This document shows, piece by piece, positions 30,669-43,523 of a stretch of DNA of 64,000 bases. Both the position numbers and the translations under genes were made by a program. Positions within the stretch are counted from its first letter, which is position 1. Every line of letters starts with the position of its first letter. The notes below the pieces were generated by a model that had not been told where the DNA came from, ran no database searches, and worked only from the letters and a program-made list of their open reading frames with translations. Origin of the DNA: an uncultured delta proteobacterium (GTDB taxonomy: Bacteria; Desulfobacterota; Desulfuromonadia; Desulfuromonadales; JACZKF01); NCBI GenBank assembly GCA_963816395.1, contig CAWFKQ010000005.1:352001-416000 (forward strand), written 5' to 3'.

Positions 30669-31166
30669 TTATTCACTCCCCCGCCACCCCTTGGGACCGC
30701 GGCCGAGAACCACCGGCCCCGAGCGCACCAGTTCCTTGATCCCCATCGGGCGCAGCAGTTCGATAATGGCATTGACCTTGCTGGGAGCACCGGTGATCTC
30801 GACGGTATAGGAGCGGGCGGTAACATCGACCACCTTGGCCCGGAAGATGTCGGCGATGCGCAGGACCTCGGCCCGCGAACTCTCCTCGGCGGCAACCTTG
30901 ATCAGGGCCATTTCCCGCTCCACGTAATCCTGTCCGGTGAAGTCGATGACCTTGATGGTGTCGATCAGCTTATTCAGCTGTTTGGTAATCTGTTCGAGAA
31001 TCTGTTCATCGCCGCTGGTAACGATGGTCATCCGTGAAATGCTCGGATCGAGGGTGGGGGCGACCGCCAGGCTCTCGATGTTGAAGCCCCGCCCGGAAAA
31101 AAGTCCGGAGATCCGGGCCAGAACCCCGAATTCGTTTTCCACCAGCACCGAAATGGTATGTTTCAT
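30669..31166 (-). CDS. ilvN: Acetolactate synthase small subunit
   Basis: SVLVENEFGVLARISGLFSGRGFNIESL. Confidence 0.96.
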   Translation of the reverse strand: MKHTISVLVENEFGVLARISGLFSGRGFNIESLAVAPTLDPSISRMTIVTSGDEQILEQITKQLNKLIDTIKVIDFTGQDYVEREMALIKVAAEESSRAEVLRIADIFRAKVVDVTARSYTVEITGAPSKVNAIIELLRPMGIKELVRSGPVVLGRGPKGWRGSE

Positions 31167-31197
31167 CGCAGTAATCTCCTCCATCGCAGAGAAACGG

Positions 31198-32895
31198 TCA
31201 GGACGCCAACACCATTTCATTCAAACCGGCGCCGGCGGGTACCATCGGCAGGACATTCTCCTCCCGGGCCACCTTGAACTCCATGATCACCGGCCCCGGA
31301 GTCTCCAGGGCCTGGCGAATTACGCCCTCCACCTCATCCGGCCGGGTGGCGCGCAAGCCGGCAGCACCATAGGCTTCGGCGAGTTTGGCAAAATCGATGG
31401 GGAGTTCGAGGCAGGTCTGGCTGTAGCGGCGGTTGAAGAAAAGCTGCTGCCACTGGCGTACCATGCCGAGAAAATTATTGTTGAGAATAGCAATCTTCAC
31501 CGGCAGACGATACTGCACCAGGGTCGCCATTTCCTGAGAATTCATCTGAAAGGAGCCGTCGCCGGAGATGTCGATCACCTGCCGGTCGGGGTAGGCGGCC
31601 TGCGCCCCGAGAGCCGCCGGCAAGCCGAAACCCATGGTGCCGAGACCGCCGGAGCTCAGGAAGGTACGCGCCTGGCGAAAATCGAAGAACTGAGCGGTCC
31701 ACATCTGGTGCTGCCCGACTTCAGTGGTGACAATGGCGTCATCGGCGGTCAACTCGCGGAGCTTCTCAATGACGTACTGCGGCTTGATCACCGAAGAGGA
31801 CGGCTGGTATCCCATCGGATGCTCTTCTTTCCAGCGGTTGATCTCGAGCAGCCAGGGTGCCGCTTCGGCGGTCAATTCACGGACCGCTTCATCCTGATCC
31901 CGCAGCTTTTTAACCATCTTCTGCAGGACATCCTTGAGATCGCCAACGATCGGCAGGTCAACCCGCACGTTTTTTTTGATCGAGGTCGGATCGATGTCGA
32001 TGTGGATGATCTTGGCATCCGGAGCGAAAGTAGCTATCTTCCCGGTCACCCGGTCATCGAAGCGGGCACCGACGGCAATCAGCAGGTCGCAATGAGTGAC
32101 GGCCATGTTGGCGTAGTAGGTGCCGTGCATACCCAGCATTCCCAGGGAGAGGGGATGGTGGCGAGGGAAGGAGGACATTCCCATCAGGGTGGTGGTGACT
32201 GGCGCCTGCACTGTTTCGGCGAAACGGAGAAGTTCCTTTGAGGCGTCGCAGGAAGAGGCTCCACCACCGACATAGATCACCGGTTTGCGAGCCCCCAAGA
32301 TCATCTTCACCGCCTTTTCCACCTGGCGCAGATTTCCGCTGTAAGTTGGTTTGTAGCCGCGCAGTTCGACCGTTTCCGGGTACTCGAACTTGGTGGTGGC
32401 AATCTGTACGTCCTTGGGCAGGTCAATCAGCACCGGCCCGGGTCGGCCGGTCCGGGCGATATAGAAGGCCTGTTTGACGATCCGGGCAAGGTCTCGGACA
32501 TCCTTGACCAGATAATTGTGCTTGGTTACCGGTCGGGTAATGCCGATGATGTCGGCCTCCTGAAAGGCATCATTACCGATCAGCGGAGTAGGGACCTGGC
32601 CGGTGATCACAACCAGAGGAATCGAGTCCATGTAGGCGGTGGCAATCCCGGTGATGGTGTTGGTGGCACCCGGTCCGCTGGTGGCGATGGCAACCCCCAC
32701 CTTGCCGCTCGCCCGGGCATAGCCGTCGGCCGCGTGTACGGCCGCCTGCTCATGACGGGTCAGGATATGGCGGATAGAGGAATCCATCAGGTCATCATAA
32801 ATATTGATGACTGTTCCACCCGGATAGCCGAAAACGGTGTCGACCCCTTCCAGCCGCAGGCACTCCAGAAGAATTTGAGATCCGGTCTTTTTCAC
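31198..32895 (-). CDS. ilvB: Acetolactate synthase large subunit
   Basis: [37 protein letters not shown]. Confidence 0.96.
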   Translation of the reverse strand: MKKTGSQILLECLRLEGVDTVFGYPGGTVINIYDDLMDSSIRHILTRHEQAAVHAADGYARASGKVGVAIATSGPGATNTITGIATAYMDSIPLVVITGQVPTPLIGNDAFQEADIIGITRPVTKHNYLVKDVRDLARIVKQAFYIARTGRPGPVLIDLPKDVQIATTKFEYPETVELRGYKPTYSGNLRQVEKAVKMILGARKPVIYVGGGASSCDASKELLRFAETVQAPVTTTLMGMSSFPRHHPLSLGMLGMHGTYYANMAVTHCDLLIAVGARFDDRVTGKIATFAPDAKIIHIDIDPTSIKKNVRVDLPIVGDLKDVLQKMVKKLRDQDEAVRELTAEAAPWLLEINRWKEEHPMGYQPSSSVIKPQYVIEKLRELTADDAIVTTEVGQHQMWTAQFFDFRQARTFLSSGGLGTMGFGLPAALGAQAAYPDRQVIDISGDGSFQMNSQEMATLVQYRLPVKIAILNNNFLGMVRQWQQLFFNRRYSQTCLELPIDFAKLAEAYGAAGLRATRPDEVEGVIRQALETPGPVIMEFKVAREENVLPMVPAGAGLNEMVLAS

Positions 32896-32920
32896 AAGGC
32901 CTCCTTAAAACAAAAGCACA

Positions 32921-34588
32921 TCATGCCTGAGTCACTGCTCCGGTGCCGGCGGAGGTAACCACCGCCGCGTAGCGAGCCAGCCAGCCAGTTTTGATCTTCG
33001 GCTCAGGCTTTCGCCAGTTGGCCCGACGGCCAGCCAGGGTATTTTCATCCACCAGCAGCTCCAGGCGCCTGGCGGGGATATCGAGACGGATGCGATCCCC
33101 CTCCTCGATCAGAGCGATCGGCCCACCTTCGGCGGCTTCCGGGGAGATATGCCCGATGCACGGCCCGCGGGTGCCGCCGGAAAAGCGTCCGTCGGTAATC
33201 AGGGCGACGCTTTCGCCGAGTCCGAGTCCCATCAGGGTGGCGGTGGGGGCGAGCATTTCGCGCATACCGGGACCGCCCTTCGGCCCTTCATAGCGGATGA
33301 CTGCGACATCGCCGGCGACAATGTGTCCGCCCATCAGGGCCTCCATGGCCGCCTCCTCGGAATTGAAGCAGCGGGCGCGGCCTTCGAAGACCATCATTTT
33401 CTCCGAAACCCCTGACTGTTTGACCACCGCCCCGTCGGGCGCAAGATTGCCCCGCAGAATGGCGATTCCTCCTTCCGGACGTACCGGATCGGACATGGGA
33501 TGCACCACCTCGGCGTCGACATCGGCGACACTGGCGATAATCTCCCGCACCGTCGGTCCGGTGAGAGTGGGATTGTCGAGGATCCGCTCGCGCAGTTGCC
33601 AGAGGACGGCCGGCACACCGCCGGCGGCGTCCAGGTCTTCCATGAAATGCACCCCGCCCGGGTTCATCGAAGCGAGTTGGGGGGTTTCCCGACTCAGCCG
33701 GTCGAAGGCGTCCAGGGGCAGATCGACTCCGGCTTCCCGGGCGATGGCGAGCAGGTGCAGCACGGTATTGGAGGAGCCGCCCAAGGCCAGGTCAACCCGG
33801 ATGGCATTCTCAAAGGCCTCCCGGGTGAGGATCTGCCGGGGAGTAATTCCGGCGCGCACCAGTTCCACAATCCGTTCCCCGGAGGCGAAGGCGATCCGCC
33901 GCTTGAGGGAAGAGACGGCCAGGGCGGTGCCGCAACGCACCAGGCTCATCCCCATGGTCTCGGTAAGAATGGCCATGGTGTTGGCAGTGAACAGCCCCTG
34001 GCAACTGCCGGCGGTGGGGCAGGCCTGGTCTTCGCACACCAGCAGTTCCTGGGCATCGATCACCCCGGCCTTGTAGCGGGCCATCGCCTCGAAGGTGTCG
34101 GTGACGAAGGAAAACCGCCGGCCATCCCGGCCGCGGCCGGCCATCATCGGGCCGGCGGTGACCACCAGACAGGGGATGTCGAGCCGGGCAGCCGCCATCA
34201 GCATTCCAGGGGTTATCTTGTCGCAGTTGGTGAGCAGCACCAGTCCATCCAGGCGGTGGGCCTCGGCGACCGATTCAATCATGTCGGCAATCAGCTCCCG
34301 GGTCGGCAGGGAGTAATGCATGCCCCGGTGACCCATGGCAATGCCGTCGCACACCCCGGGGATGCCGAAAAAGAAGGAATAGCCACCGCCGGTATGCACC
34401 CCTTTCTCAATGAACCGCTCCAGATCCCGCATCCCGGAATGACCGGGAATCAGATCAGAGAAGGAAGTGGCGACACCGATGAAGGGCTTGCCCATTTCCT
34501 CGCGGGGAACGCCGGTCCCCAGGAGGAGGGCGCGGTGCGGGGTGCGTTCGAAACCCTGGGTGATAAGATCGCTGCGCTTGCTGGTCAT
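32921..34588 (-). CDS. ilvD: Dihydroxy-acid dehydratase
   Basis: [37 protein letters not shown]. Confidence 0.96.
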   Translation of the reverse strand: MTSKRSDLITQGFERTPHRALLLGTGVPREEMGKPFIGVATSFSDLIPGHSGMRDLERFIEKGVHTGGGYSFFFGIPGVCDGIAMGHRGMHYSLPTRELIADMIESVAEAHRLDGLVLLTNCDKITPGMLMAAARLDIPCLVVTAGPMMAGRGRDGRRFSFVTDTFEAMARYKAGVIDAQELLVCEDQACPTAGSCQGLFTANTMAILTETMGMSLVRCGTALAVSSLKRRIAFASGERIVELVRAGITPRQILTREAFENAIRVDLALGGSSNTVLHLLAIAREAGVDLPLDAFDRLSRETPQLASMNPGGVHFMEDLDAAGGVPAVLWQLRERILDNPTLTGPTVREIIASVADVDAEVVHPMSDPVRPEGGIAILRGNLAPDGAVVKQSGVSEKMMVFEGRARCFNSEEAAMEALMGGHIVAGDVAVIRYEGPKGGPGMREMLAPTATLMGLGLGESVALITDGRFSGGTRGPCIGHISPEAAEGGPIALIEEGDRIRLDIPARRLELLVDENTLAGRRANWRKPEPKIKTGWLARYAAVVTSAGTGAVTQA

Positions 34589-34630
34589 GAAATCCGTTGT
34601 CCCTTTCTCTGCTTCGGCCAGATAATAAAG

Positions 34631-34652
34631 ACAGGGGCGAACTCGCCCCTGT
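34631..34652. terminator. Hairpin upstream of ilvD
   Basis: ACAGGGGCGA-AC-TCGCCCCTGT perfect inverted repeat. Confidence 0.5.
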
Positions 34653-34761
34653 CTGCCGAAGCCTGGCCGTCCCGGCAGTTGAATTTACCGTCTACATTCG
34701 GTATGGAGGGGAAAAACCCGGAATGACTTTCCGGGCCAATGCCCTTTTTATGCGCCGTTGA

Positions 34762-34983
34762 TTACTGGCGGCCGCTCTTCAGCATGCGGACCATCTCGTC
34801 CTTGCCCGCAAGCTTGAGTTTCTGGATTTTTTTCCTCACGAGTTCATCATCCGCTGACAGGTAGGGTCGTGAATCGAAGCTCAGGAGTTCTTTCTCAAGC
34901 AGCAGGTGCTCTTCGTAGAGCAAGCGAAAACGCGGGTTTTCGTCTACCAACTGCCGTACCCTGGACTGATCCAGTTCCTCCAT
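34762..34983 (-). CDS. DUF465/YdcH-family coiled-coil protein
   Basis: FRLLYEEH..LE, KKIQKLKLAGKDEM; GGAGGTGA SD. Confidence 0.75.
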   Translation of the reverse strand: MEELDQSRVRQLVDENPRFRLLYEEHLLLEKELLSFDSRPYLSADDELVRKKIQKLKLAGKDEMVRMLKSGRQ

Positions 34984-35056
34984 CGTTCACCTCCCGAGAA
35001 AGGGTTGACAAAGAGCGAAAAATGCCATTTTAAAATATCGAAACCCCAGGTTGATG

Positions 35057-35774
35057 TCAACATTCATTGAAGTTTTCGGCGGCTCGTCGGGCCCAGAGAT
35101 TTTCCGCCTCGGAACGACGGATGTAATGCGGCGTCAGTTGGCGAAGAGGAACAACGTTACCGAGCCGCAAATCGGCCAGGGCGAGGGCGGCGGCATGCCC
35201 GGCGCGCGGAGACTGCTGCGGCCAGGGAAGAAAATGGGCACGGACGCCAAGTCGGTGGACGATCACAGGCCGATATGCGGCGGCGCCGCTACCGACAAAG
35301 AGCACCTCATCCCGCAGGGTGTCGAGAAGGACCTCAGGCGCCAGGACCGCCTCCTCGCCCATGGCCATGGGCCGCTCTCCATCCCACCGATAAAGGCCGG
35401 CATAGACCTCCTTTTTCCGTGCATCGAGGAGCGCGCAGACCGGAAAACGGGGGAACGGGGCCTGCATGGCGAGGGTCCGCAGGGAGGAGACCCCGACAAC
35501 GGGGCGACCGGTGGCCAGGGCGAGGCCTTTGCACGGTGGCCACCCCGACACGCAGGCCGGTAAAAGAACCGGGGCCGAGGACGACGGCAAAGGCATCGAT
35601 GTCTGCCAGATCCGTTTCGGTATCGTCCAGGACCTGGCGAATACTGCGGAGCAGTCGGTCGGAGTGCGGGCTTTGCAGGTTGAGAAAGATCTCCCCGAGC
35701 AGCGTTTCGCCTCGGCTGACCGCCACACTGCCCGCCGCCGAAGCGGAATCCACGGTGAGGAGAAGTTCGGCCAT
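35057..35774 (-). CDS. tsaB: tRNA threonylcarbamoyladenosine biosynthesis protein TsaB, frameshift near 35525
   Basis: LTVDSA, GPGSFTGLRVG then KGLALA, LDARKKEVY, PHYIRRSEAE. Confidence 0.9.
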
Positions 35775-37114
35775 TTACTGGCCGCCGACGAAGAGGCGCA
35801 TGATGTCATTGTAGAAGGCGAGCACCATGAGCAGCAGGATCAGCACCAGCCCGATCTGCTGAGCGACCTCCCGGGTCCGCAGGGAAAGGGGGCGGCGAAA
35901 GATCAGTTCGTAGAGGTTGAAGAAAAGATGGCCGCCATCGAGGACAGGGATGGGAAACAGGTTCAGAATGCCGAGTTGGATGCTCAGAAATGCAAGAACC
36001 GAGAGGATGCTGGCCAGATCGGTCTGCGCGGCCTGTCCGGCGATCTGCACGACGGTGATGGGGCCGCCGATATTGCGCGCCGAGACGTGGCCTGCAGAAC
36101 ATCTTCTTGATGAAGATCAGGGTGAGATCAATCAGTTCCGTGCTCCGATTGAATCCAGCTTTGACCGCTTCGATCGGACCGAACCGCTTAAAAGTCGTTT
36201 CCTGCTCCGGGGCGATACCGATCAGGTACTCGGCCCCATCCGTTTTCTCCTTCATCGGCTGGATTTGGATCTGCTGTTGCCGGCCGTCCCGCTCGATGGT
36301 AAACGTCTGGAGCCTTGCCGTCGCCTTCCTGAATGAGCTGTTTGAGATCATACCAGGAAGAGATGGAGGTATGGTCGATGGCGACGATGCGGTCGCCTTC
36401 CTGCAGGCCGGCGGCCTGCGCCGGCATCCCCGGTGCCAGGGACCCCACCACCGGCGACTGCGGCGGAAGCAGCCCGAGAGACTGCAATCCCTCCATGCTG
36501 TTCTCTTTTGCCGGCAGGGTCAGCGTTACCTGCTTCCCGTCCCTGGTGACGGCAAACTGCAGGGGAGCCCCCGCTTGCGAGATCAACTGCCGGTTGGCCT
36601 CGGACCAGGTGGCGACGGATTCGCCGTTGATGGCAACGATACAGTCGCCAGCATGGAATCCGACCTGGCGACCAGGCGAATCGGGGGCGATGTAGCCGAC
36701 GCAGGGGCGCTGATCGAGAAAAGCCGGGACCTGGACCCCGACCAGAAAGGCGAGCGGCAGGATCAAAAAAGGGAAAACGAGGTTCATGAAAGGTCCGGCG
36801 GCGATGATCGCGGTTCGGCGGGAAACCGGCTGCTCGGCAAAGGATCGCCGCTTTTCTTCCGGCGAAAGCTCCGCTGCCGCACCCTCGCCTTCCTCCCCGC
36901 CCCCTTCGCCGAGCATCTGCACATAGCCTCCGAGGGGCACGGCGCAGATCATGTACTCCGTCTCTCCCCACTGGCGGGAAACCAGGCGGGGGCCAAAGCC
37001 GAGGGAAAATTTAAGGACCTTTACTCCGGACAGCTTGGCCACGCAGAAATGCCCGAACTCGTGGACGAAGACCAGGATGCCGAGCATGACGATACCTGCG
37101 ATGACAGTAAGCAT
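35775..37114 (-). CDS. rseP: RIP metalloprotease RseP, frameshifts near 36300 and 36095
   Basis: HEFGH, AGPFMN, PDZ domains, NLFPIPVLDGGH. Confidence 0.92.
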
Positions 37115-37125
37115 GAAACCTCCGG

Positions 37126-38283
37126 TCAGGGGATGGAGTCGATTACCCGGCGGGCATTGCTGCGCCCCCAACGGTCGGCGCGCAGGACTTCGTCGATGTG
37201 TCCGATGGGCCGGGACTGATGCCGGTCGAGAGTGGCTTGGATGACGGCGGGTATATCGAGGAAACCTATCCCACCGGTGAGAAAGGATTCCACAGCAATC
37301 TCATTGGCGGCATTGAGGACGGCCGGTGCCGTTCCTCCTTCCTGCAGGGCATGGTAGGCCAGGGACAGGCAGGGAAAGCGCAGGTTATCCGGCTGTTCGA
37401 AGGTCAGCTGCCCCAGTGCGCAAAGATCGAGGGGAGAGAGGTTCAGCGGCAGTCGCTCGGGACAGGAAAGGGCATAGGCAATGGGCGCTTTCATATCGGG
37501 AATTCCCAGCTGGGCGATTACCGATCCATCGATATATTCGACCATGGAATGGATCACGCTCTGGGGATGAATATGGACCGAGATCTGCCCGGGCGGCAGA
37601 TCAAACAGCCAGCGGGCCTCGATCACCTCCAGCCCCTTGTTCATCATCGTCGCCGAATCGATAGTGATCTTGCGCCCCATGCGCCAGTTGGGATGATCCA
37701 GCGCCTGGGCAGGAGTGACCTGCCGAAGATCGGCCAGCGTCCGGTTGCGGAAAGGCCCACCGGAGGCGGTCAGGATGAGGCGGCGCACGTCTTCCCGGCG
37801 ATGCCCCTGCAGCGACTGGAAGATGGCCGAGTGTTCACTGTCGACCGGGTGCAGGCGCCCGCCTTTGCGGGCTATCGCTGCCATTACCAGGGGGCCCGCC
37901 ATCACCAGGGTTTCCTTGTTCGCCAGGGCAATGTCCTTGCCGGCCTCGATGGCAGCCATGGTCGGAACCAGGCCAGCCGCCCCGACAATGGCCGACACCA
38001 CGGTGTCGACGTCGCCCGAGGCGGCGCAGGCGATCAGCCCCTCCACTCCGACCAGAATCTCCGGTCGGCCGGCGCCGAGGCGGCGGCGTAACTGGCTCGC
38101 CTGTTCCGCGGTCAGCACGGCGACCATCTGCGGGTGGAAGCGGTGAATCTGCTCCTCCAACCGGTCGAGATTATTGCCGGCGGTAAGGGTGACCACCCGG
38201 AACCGGTCAGGATTCCCGGCAACGACCTCAAGGGTGCTAACCCCGATAGAACCGGTTGATCCGAGAATGCCGAGATTCTTCAT
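37126..38283 (-). CDS. dxr: 1-deoxy-D-xylulose 5-phosphate reductoisomerase
   Basis: [35 protein letters not shown]. Confidence 0.97.
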   Translation of the reverse strand: MKNLGILGSTGSIGVSTLEVVAGNPDRFRVVTLTAGNNLDRLEEQIHRFHPQMVAVLTAEQASQLRRRLGAGRPEILVGVEGLIACAASGDVDTVVSAIVGAAGLVPTMAAIEAGKDIALANKETLVMAGPLVMAAIARKGGRLHPVDSEHSAIFQSLQGHRREDVRRLILTASGGPFRNRTLADLRQVTPAQALDHPNWRMGRKITIDSATMMNKGLEVIEARWLFDLPPGQISVHIHPQSVIHSMVEYIDGSVIAQLGIPDMKAPIAYALSCPERLPLNLSPLDLCALGQLTFEQPDNLRFPCLSLAYHALQEGGTAPAVLNAANEIAVESFLTGGIGFLDIPAVIQATLDRHQSRPIGHIDEVLRADRWGRSNARRVIDSIP

Positions 38284-39095
38284 TTGCTCATTCCCTGTGT
38301 GCCAAAGGACCAAAGAGCATAGTAATAGATCGGTGGAAAGGCAAACAGAAGGCTGTCTAATCGATCGAGAATACCGCCGTGGCCGGGGATCATCGTCCCG
38401 GAATCCTTGACCCCGAAACTGCGCTTGAGCATTGATTCGAAAAGATCACCGAGCTGGGCCAGGGAGCCTACCACCACTCCCAGCAACAGGCAGTCGCCAA
38501 CCTGCAGGGCCGGGAAAAACCAGAGCTTAGCGAGAAAAATGCCTGCCAGACTCCCCGCCAGGCCACCCACCGCACCTTCCACGCTTTTATTCGGACTGAC
38601 GGCGGGATAGAGCTTGTGCCGTCCCAAATTGATGCCGACGAAATAGGCGGCTGTATCCCCCATCATAACCAGCAGAAGGACGGTAAAAATCCATTGTCGC
38701 CCGAACGGCAGATCACGCAGCAGTGCCAGGTGGCTGAGCAGCAAAGGCAGGTAAAGGAAACCAAAGACGGCCAGCGCCAGGCGGTGCGCCACGGTTTTCA
38801 GATCATGATAGCGCAGCAGAAAGAAGATGGCGAAGAGCAACAGGGAAAAAGTAACGGCGGACATCCTTGCGACCGGCCCGGTGAAAACCAGACAGATGGT
38901 CAGCAGAGTGCCGCCGGCAACAATCAGAAGGCGGTCGTTCACCCGCTCCCCGGGAAGTGCCATGCCGCAAAACTCGATGAGAGCCAGCAGGGCGACCAGG
39001 CAGACCAGCAGCGAGAAGAACTCCGCGCTGGCAAAGAGGATGAACAGTATCAGCAGGGGAAGCAGGATGACTCCCGTCAGGATCCGCCGTTTAAT
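38280..39095 (-). CDS. cdsA: Phosphatidate cytidylyltransferase; probable ATT start
   Basis: [26 protein letters not shown]...[17 protein letters not shown]. Confidence 0.93.
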   Translation of the reverse strand: MKRRILTGVILLPLLILFILFASAEFFSLLVCLVALLALIEFCGMALPGERVNDRLLIVAGGTLLTICLVFTGPVARMSAVTFSLLLFAIFFLLRYHDLKTVAHRLALAVFGFLYLPLLLSHLALLRDLPFGRQWIFTVLLLVMMGDTAAYFVGINLGRHKLYPAVSPNKSVEGAVGGLAGSLAGIFLAKLWFFPALQVGDCLLLGVVVGSLAQLGDLFESMLKRSFGVKDSGTMIPGHGGILDRLDSLLFAFPPIYYYALWSFGTQGMSK

Positions 39096-39837
39096 GGTTT
39101 TCCTCCCCTTCCGGCATGTTCTCCCCCTCGATCTGGGCACCGGTCAGACCGAATCGCCGCTGTCGCCTGCCGAATTCACGGAAAGCCTGGTGCAGCTCAC
39201 GGCAGCCGAAATCGGGCCAAAGCACTTCGGTGAAATAGAGTTCGGTATAAGCCAGTTGCCAGAGCAGAAAGTTGCTGATCCGCATCTCGCCACTGGTCCG
39301 GATGAGAAGGTCGGGGTCAGGCATCTCGGCGGTATCGAGAGCGCCGGCCAGAACCTTGTCATCGATGCTGGCCGGATCCATGAGCCCGTTCCTCGCAGCC
39401 TCGGCCAATCGGCGGACCGCCCGCAACAGCTCGTTGCGCGCCCCATAGGAAAGGGCCAGGGTCAAAACCATCTCGGTGTTGTCGGCGGTGCGGACAATGG
39501 TATCCTCGAGGACCTGCCGCACCTCGCCGGGCAGGCGGCCGGTTTCGCCAATCACCTTCAACCGGATGCCGCGAGCCAGCATCGTCTGCAATTCGCTTTG
39601 CAGGTAGCGGCTGAGCAGTCCCATCAGGGCACTCACTTCTTCCTCCGGTCGACGCCAGTTCTCGGAACTAAAGGCGTAGAGAGTGAGGTAGCGAAGCCCG
39701 AGGGAGCGGCATTCCTTGACAACCTCCTGGACAGTCTCCACTCCCCGGCGATGGCCGAGAATACGCGGCAGGCGGCGCTTTTCGGCCCAGCGGCCGTTGC
39801 CGTCCATGATGATGGCCAGATGGCGGGGGATGCGCAT
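39091..39837 (-). CDS. uppS: Undecaprenyl diphosphate synthase
   Basis: HLAIIMDGNGRWA, YAFSSENWRR, IRTSGEMRISNFLLWQ. Confidence 0.97.
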   Translation of the reverse strand: MRIPRHLAIIMDGNGRWAEKRRLPRILGHRRGVETVQEVVKECRSLGLRYLTLYAFSSENWRRPEEEVSALMGLLSRYLQSELQTMLARGIRLKVIGETGRLPGEVRQVLEDTIVRTADNTEMVLTLALSYGARNELLRAVRRLAEAARNGLMDPASIDDKVLAGALDTAEMPDPDLLIRTSGEMRISNFLLWQLAYTELYFTEVLWPDFGCRELHQAFREFGRRQRRFGLTGAQIEGENMPEGEENH

Positions 39838-39932
39838 GCGGAAGCTCTAACGAGAGACGCGAGTCAGAGAAAAGACAAAATTTAACACGAAAGGTCGCCC
39901 CAGGCAAGGCCGCACCCGGCGCAAAATAAGAA

Positions 39933-39958
39933 AGGGGCGCCCACTAACGGCGCCCCCT
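39933..39958 (-). terminator. Intrinsic terminator after ferredoxin
   Basis: GGGGCGCC stem pair followed by T-rich tract on the minus strand. Confidence 0.6.
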
Positions 39959-39969
39959 GGCCAGCGGTG

Positions 39970-40134
39970 TTAATCGACAATCGCGTTCACCGGGCAACTG
40001 TCGAGACATGCCCGGCATTCGGTGCAGTCTTCTGAAATACCGTATTTGTCGCCCGCTTCGGCAATGGCGCCTACAGGGCAGGTATCGACACAGGTACCGC
40101 AAGCGATGCATTCGTCAGTGATTTTCAGAGCCAT
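39970..40134 (-). CDS. 2[4Fe-4S] ferredoxin, 54 aa (absent from the ORF track)
   Basis: MALKITDECIACGTCVDTCPVGAIAEAGDKYGISEDCTECGACLDSCPVNAIVD; two CxxCxxCxxxCP motifs; AAGGAGG SD. Confidence 0.95.
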   Translation of the reverse strand: MALKITDECIACGTCVDTCPVGAIAEAGDKYGISEDCTECRACLDSCPVNAIVD

Positions 40135-40178
40135 GATAGTTCCTCCTTTGTTTTTTGGGTACTGTCGCGAAATCCGAA

Positions 40179-40736
40179 TCAGATTTCCATTACTTCTTTT
40201 TCCTTGACGGCCACGACCTCATCAATCTTCTTCACGTAAAGATCGGTGAGATCCTGGATTTCTTTTTCGCCATGTTTCATCTCGTCTTCCGAGATCTCTT
40301 TGCTCTTTCCCATCTTCTTCAGGGATTCGTTGGCTTCGCGCCTGGCGTTGCGAATGGCGATTTTGGCTTCCTCTCCCATCCGCTTGGTCAACTTCACCAT
40401 ATCCCGGCGACGCTCCTCGGTCAGGGAGGGGATGGCAATGCGCACCAGTTGACCGTCATTGGCAGGGTTGAGCCCCAGGTCGGATTTGAGAATAGCCTTC
40501 TCAATCTCCGGGATCAGCTTTTTTTCCCACGGCTGAATGGTAATCAGGCGCGGTTCGGGAACAGCCAGAGTACCCACTTGGTTGAGGGGGGTGGGGGTAC
40601 CAAAATAATCGATCCGGATATCGTCCAGCAGCGCCGCCGATGCGCGGCCGGTACGGACCTTGGCGAAGTCCTTTTTCAGAGCGTCAATGGCCTTCTCCAT
40701 CCCGGCACGAGTTCTGCCAACAACATCCTTGACCAT
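40179..40736 (-). CDS. frr: Ribosome recycling factor
   Basis: [27 protein letters not shown]. Confidence 0.97.
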   Translation of the reverse strand: MVKDVVGRTRAGMEKAIDALKKDFAKVRTGRASAALLDDIRIDYFGTPTPLNQVGTLAVPEPRLITIQPWEKKLIPEIEKAILKSDLGLNPANDGQLVRIAIPSLTEERRRDMVKLTKRMGEEAKIAIRNARREANESLKKMGKSKEISEDEMKHGEKEIQDLTDLYVKKIDEVVAVKEKEVMEI

Positions 40737-40740
40737 GGGA

Positions 40741-41499
<759 letters not shown>

Positions 41500-42411
41500 T
41501 TATTTGGTTAGCGAGGCCACTTCGGCCGCAAAATCGTCTTCTTTCTTCTCCAGCCCTTCACCAAGCTGAAAACGGACGAAGCGGGTCAGCCGGACCTCTC
41601 CGCCGACCTGTTTAGCAAGGTTGTCGACTACCTTCTGCACCTTCTGGTCCGGGTCGATGACGTACGCCTGTTCGAGGAGACAAACTTCGCCGAAAAACTT
41701 ATTCACCTGCCCCTCGATAATTTTTTCGATGATGTTTTCAGGCTTGCCGCTCTCCTTGGCCTTGGCCCGCATGATCTCCTTTTCCTTTTCGACCACCGCC
41801 GCGGGAACCTCCTGGCGGTCAAGGAATTGGGGATTGGCAGCGGCCACATGCATGGCTAACTGGCGGGCGGCGCTGGCGACCCGCTCATCACCCGCCTGAG
41901 CGGTGGCGAGTTCGACCATAACCCCTATCTTGCCGGCACCGTGCACATAGGAGGCGATTATACCGGAAGGGACTTCAAAGCGGGCGAAACGTCGGATATT
42001 GATGTTCTCACCGATCGTTGCCACCTGGTGAATCTGCTCTTCGCCGATACTGCGGCCGGTGCCAGGGAAAGCCAGGATCTTGAGCGCCTCCAGGTCCGCC
42101 GGGGCCTGTTCCAGCACCACTTCGGCGACTCCGGCGGCGAAGAATTGAAAGCTATCGTTCTTAGCAACGAAATCGGTCTCGGCATTAACCTCGACGACAG
42201 CCCCCCGATTCCCTTCACCGGCAGTGACCACCAGCCCTTCGGCGGCGACGCGGCCGGACTTCTTGGCGGCGGCGGAAAGACCCTTCTTGCGCAGGATATC
42301 GACAGCTTCATCCATGTTGCCATTGGCCTCAGTCAAGGCCTTTTTACAATCCATCATGCCTGCGCCAGTCTTGCCACGCAGGTCAGCGACCATCGATGCG
42401 GTAATACTCAC
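41500..42411 (-). CDS. tsf: Elongation factor Ts
   Basis: TGAGMMDCKKAL, ETDFVAKN, DFAAEVA; GTG start after AGGAGG. Confidence 0.97.
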   Translation of the reverse strand: MSITASMVADLRGKTGAGMMDCKKALTEANGNMDEAVDILRKKGLSAAAKKSGRVAAEGLVVTAGEGNRGAVVEVNAETDFVAKNDSFQFFAAGVAEVVLEQAPADLEALKILAFPGTGRSIGEEQIHQVATIGENINIRRFARFEVPSGIIASYVHGAGKIGVMVELATAQAGDERVASAARQLAMHVAAANPQFLDRQEVPAAVVEKEKEIMRAKAKESGKPENIIEKIIEGQVNKFFGEVCLLEQAYVIDPDQKVQKVVDNLAKQVGGEVRLTRFVRFQLGEGLEKKEDDFAAEVASLTK

Positions 42412-42483
42412 GTGCAACCTCCTCTATCTGCTGACGGGCCGAACCCGTCATCATTTTCGGTGAAGCGGCCTTGACCGCCACGG

Positions 42484-42517
42484 GAAAAAGGCGGCCGGGT
42501 ATCCGGACCGCCTTTTC
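42484..42517 (-). terminator. Hairpin/terminator between rpsB and tsf
   Basis: GAAAAAGGCGG...CCGCCTTTTC inverted repeat. Confidence 0.55.
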
Positions 42518-42535
42518 ATCAAGACTGTTAGCCGA

Positions 42536-43318
42536 TCAGATCTCGGCAGCTTCGGCAGGAGCTTCGGCCTCTTGCGCGGCGGCTGCTTCCGGTGCCGACT
42601 CTCCCCCCTCCGCGCTGGAGCGCAGAGAAGCCTCACGGGCCTGTGCCCCTTCCAGGCAGGCATCCGCCATACGGGCAGCAAACAACCGGATCGCCCGGAT
42701 GGCGTCATCATTGCCGGGGATGATGTAATCGATGTCGTCAGGATCGCAATTCGTATCGACTACGGCGACCACCGGAATGCCAAGCTTGCGAGCCTCCTTG
42801 ACGGCGATCTGTTCTTTTTTCGGATCGATGACGAAAATCGCACCGGCCGGCCGGTGCATTCCCTTGATTCCGCCGAGGCTCCTTTCCAGCTTAGCCCTCT
42901 CACGTTCCCGTTCCAGGGCTTCCTTCTTGGTGATCAACTGGTAAGTGCCGTCCTCGGCCATCGTCTCCAGCTTCTTCAGCCGATCGATGCTCCCCTTGAT
43001 GGTACTGAAGTTGGTGAGCATGCCGCCCAGCCAACGGTTATTGACGAAGAACTGACCGGCCCGCTCGGCCTCCTCGCGGATGGAATCCTGGGCCTGCTTC
43101 TTGGTGCCGACAAAAAGGACCCGCTCCCCCTTCTCCACCGTTTCCTTGATGAAATTGTAGGCGGTGCGGAAATATCGGACTGTTTTCTGCAGATCGATGA
43201 TGTAGATGCCGTTGCGAGCCCCGAAGATATAAGGTTTCATCTTCGGATTCCAGCGCTTGGTCTGGTGGCCGAAATGAACGCCGGCCTCCAGCAGCTGCTT
43301 CATGGTGATCTGTGCCAT
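42536..43318 (-). CDS. rpsB: 30S ribosomal protein S2
   Basis: [30 protein letters not shown]. Confidence 0.98.
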   Translation of the reverse strand: MAQITMKQLLEAGVHFGHQTKRWNPKMKPYIFGARNGIYIIDLQKTVRYFRTAYNFIKETVEKGERVLFVGTKKQAQDSIREEAERAGQFFVNNRWLGGMLTNFSTIKGSIDRLKKLETMAEDGTYQLITKKEALERERERAKLERSLGGIKGMHRPAGAIFVIDPKKEQIAVKEARKLGIPVVAVVDTNCDPDDIDYIIPGNDDAIRAIRLFAARMADACLEGAQAREASLRSSAEGGESAPEAAAAQEAEAPAEAAEI

Positions 43319-43523
43319 GTTTCGATTCTCCTCGTTCGGTTTCTGCCTCCGCCCCGTTCCTTCCCGCCGGGACTCCGGCACCCTTGCCGGAGACCTCCCG
43401 AACAGGTCCGGGGGCGTGCGATTTAGTAACGTGTCTCTATACCATGCGCCCCCCGGCAAGGCAAGGGGAAAATGCCCCGAATCCGGTTTACAAGGGGCCG
43501 CAACTGTATTAGAATTTGCGGTC

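Noticed and set aside
35057..37114. tsaB and rseP as pseudogenes or programmed frameshifts
   Set aside because: Normally essential genes with all motifs intact and no slippery-site evidence; sequencing indels are more likely
43319..43425. rpsB autoregulatory leader RNA
   Set aside because: Expected by position and GC stems are present, but I could not match a specific consensus
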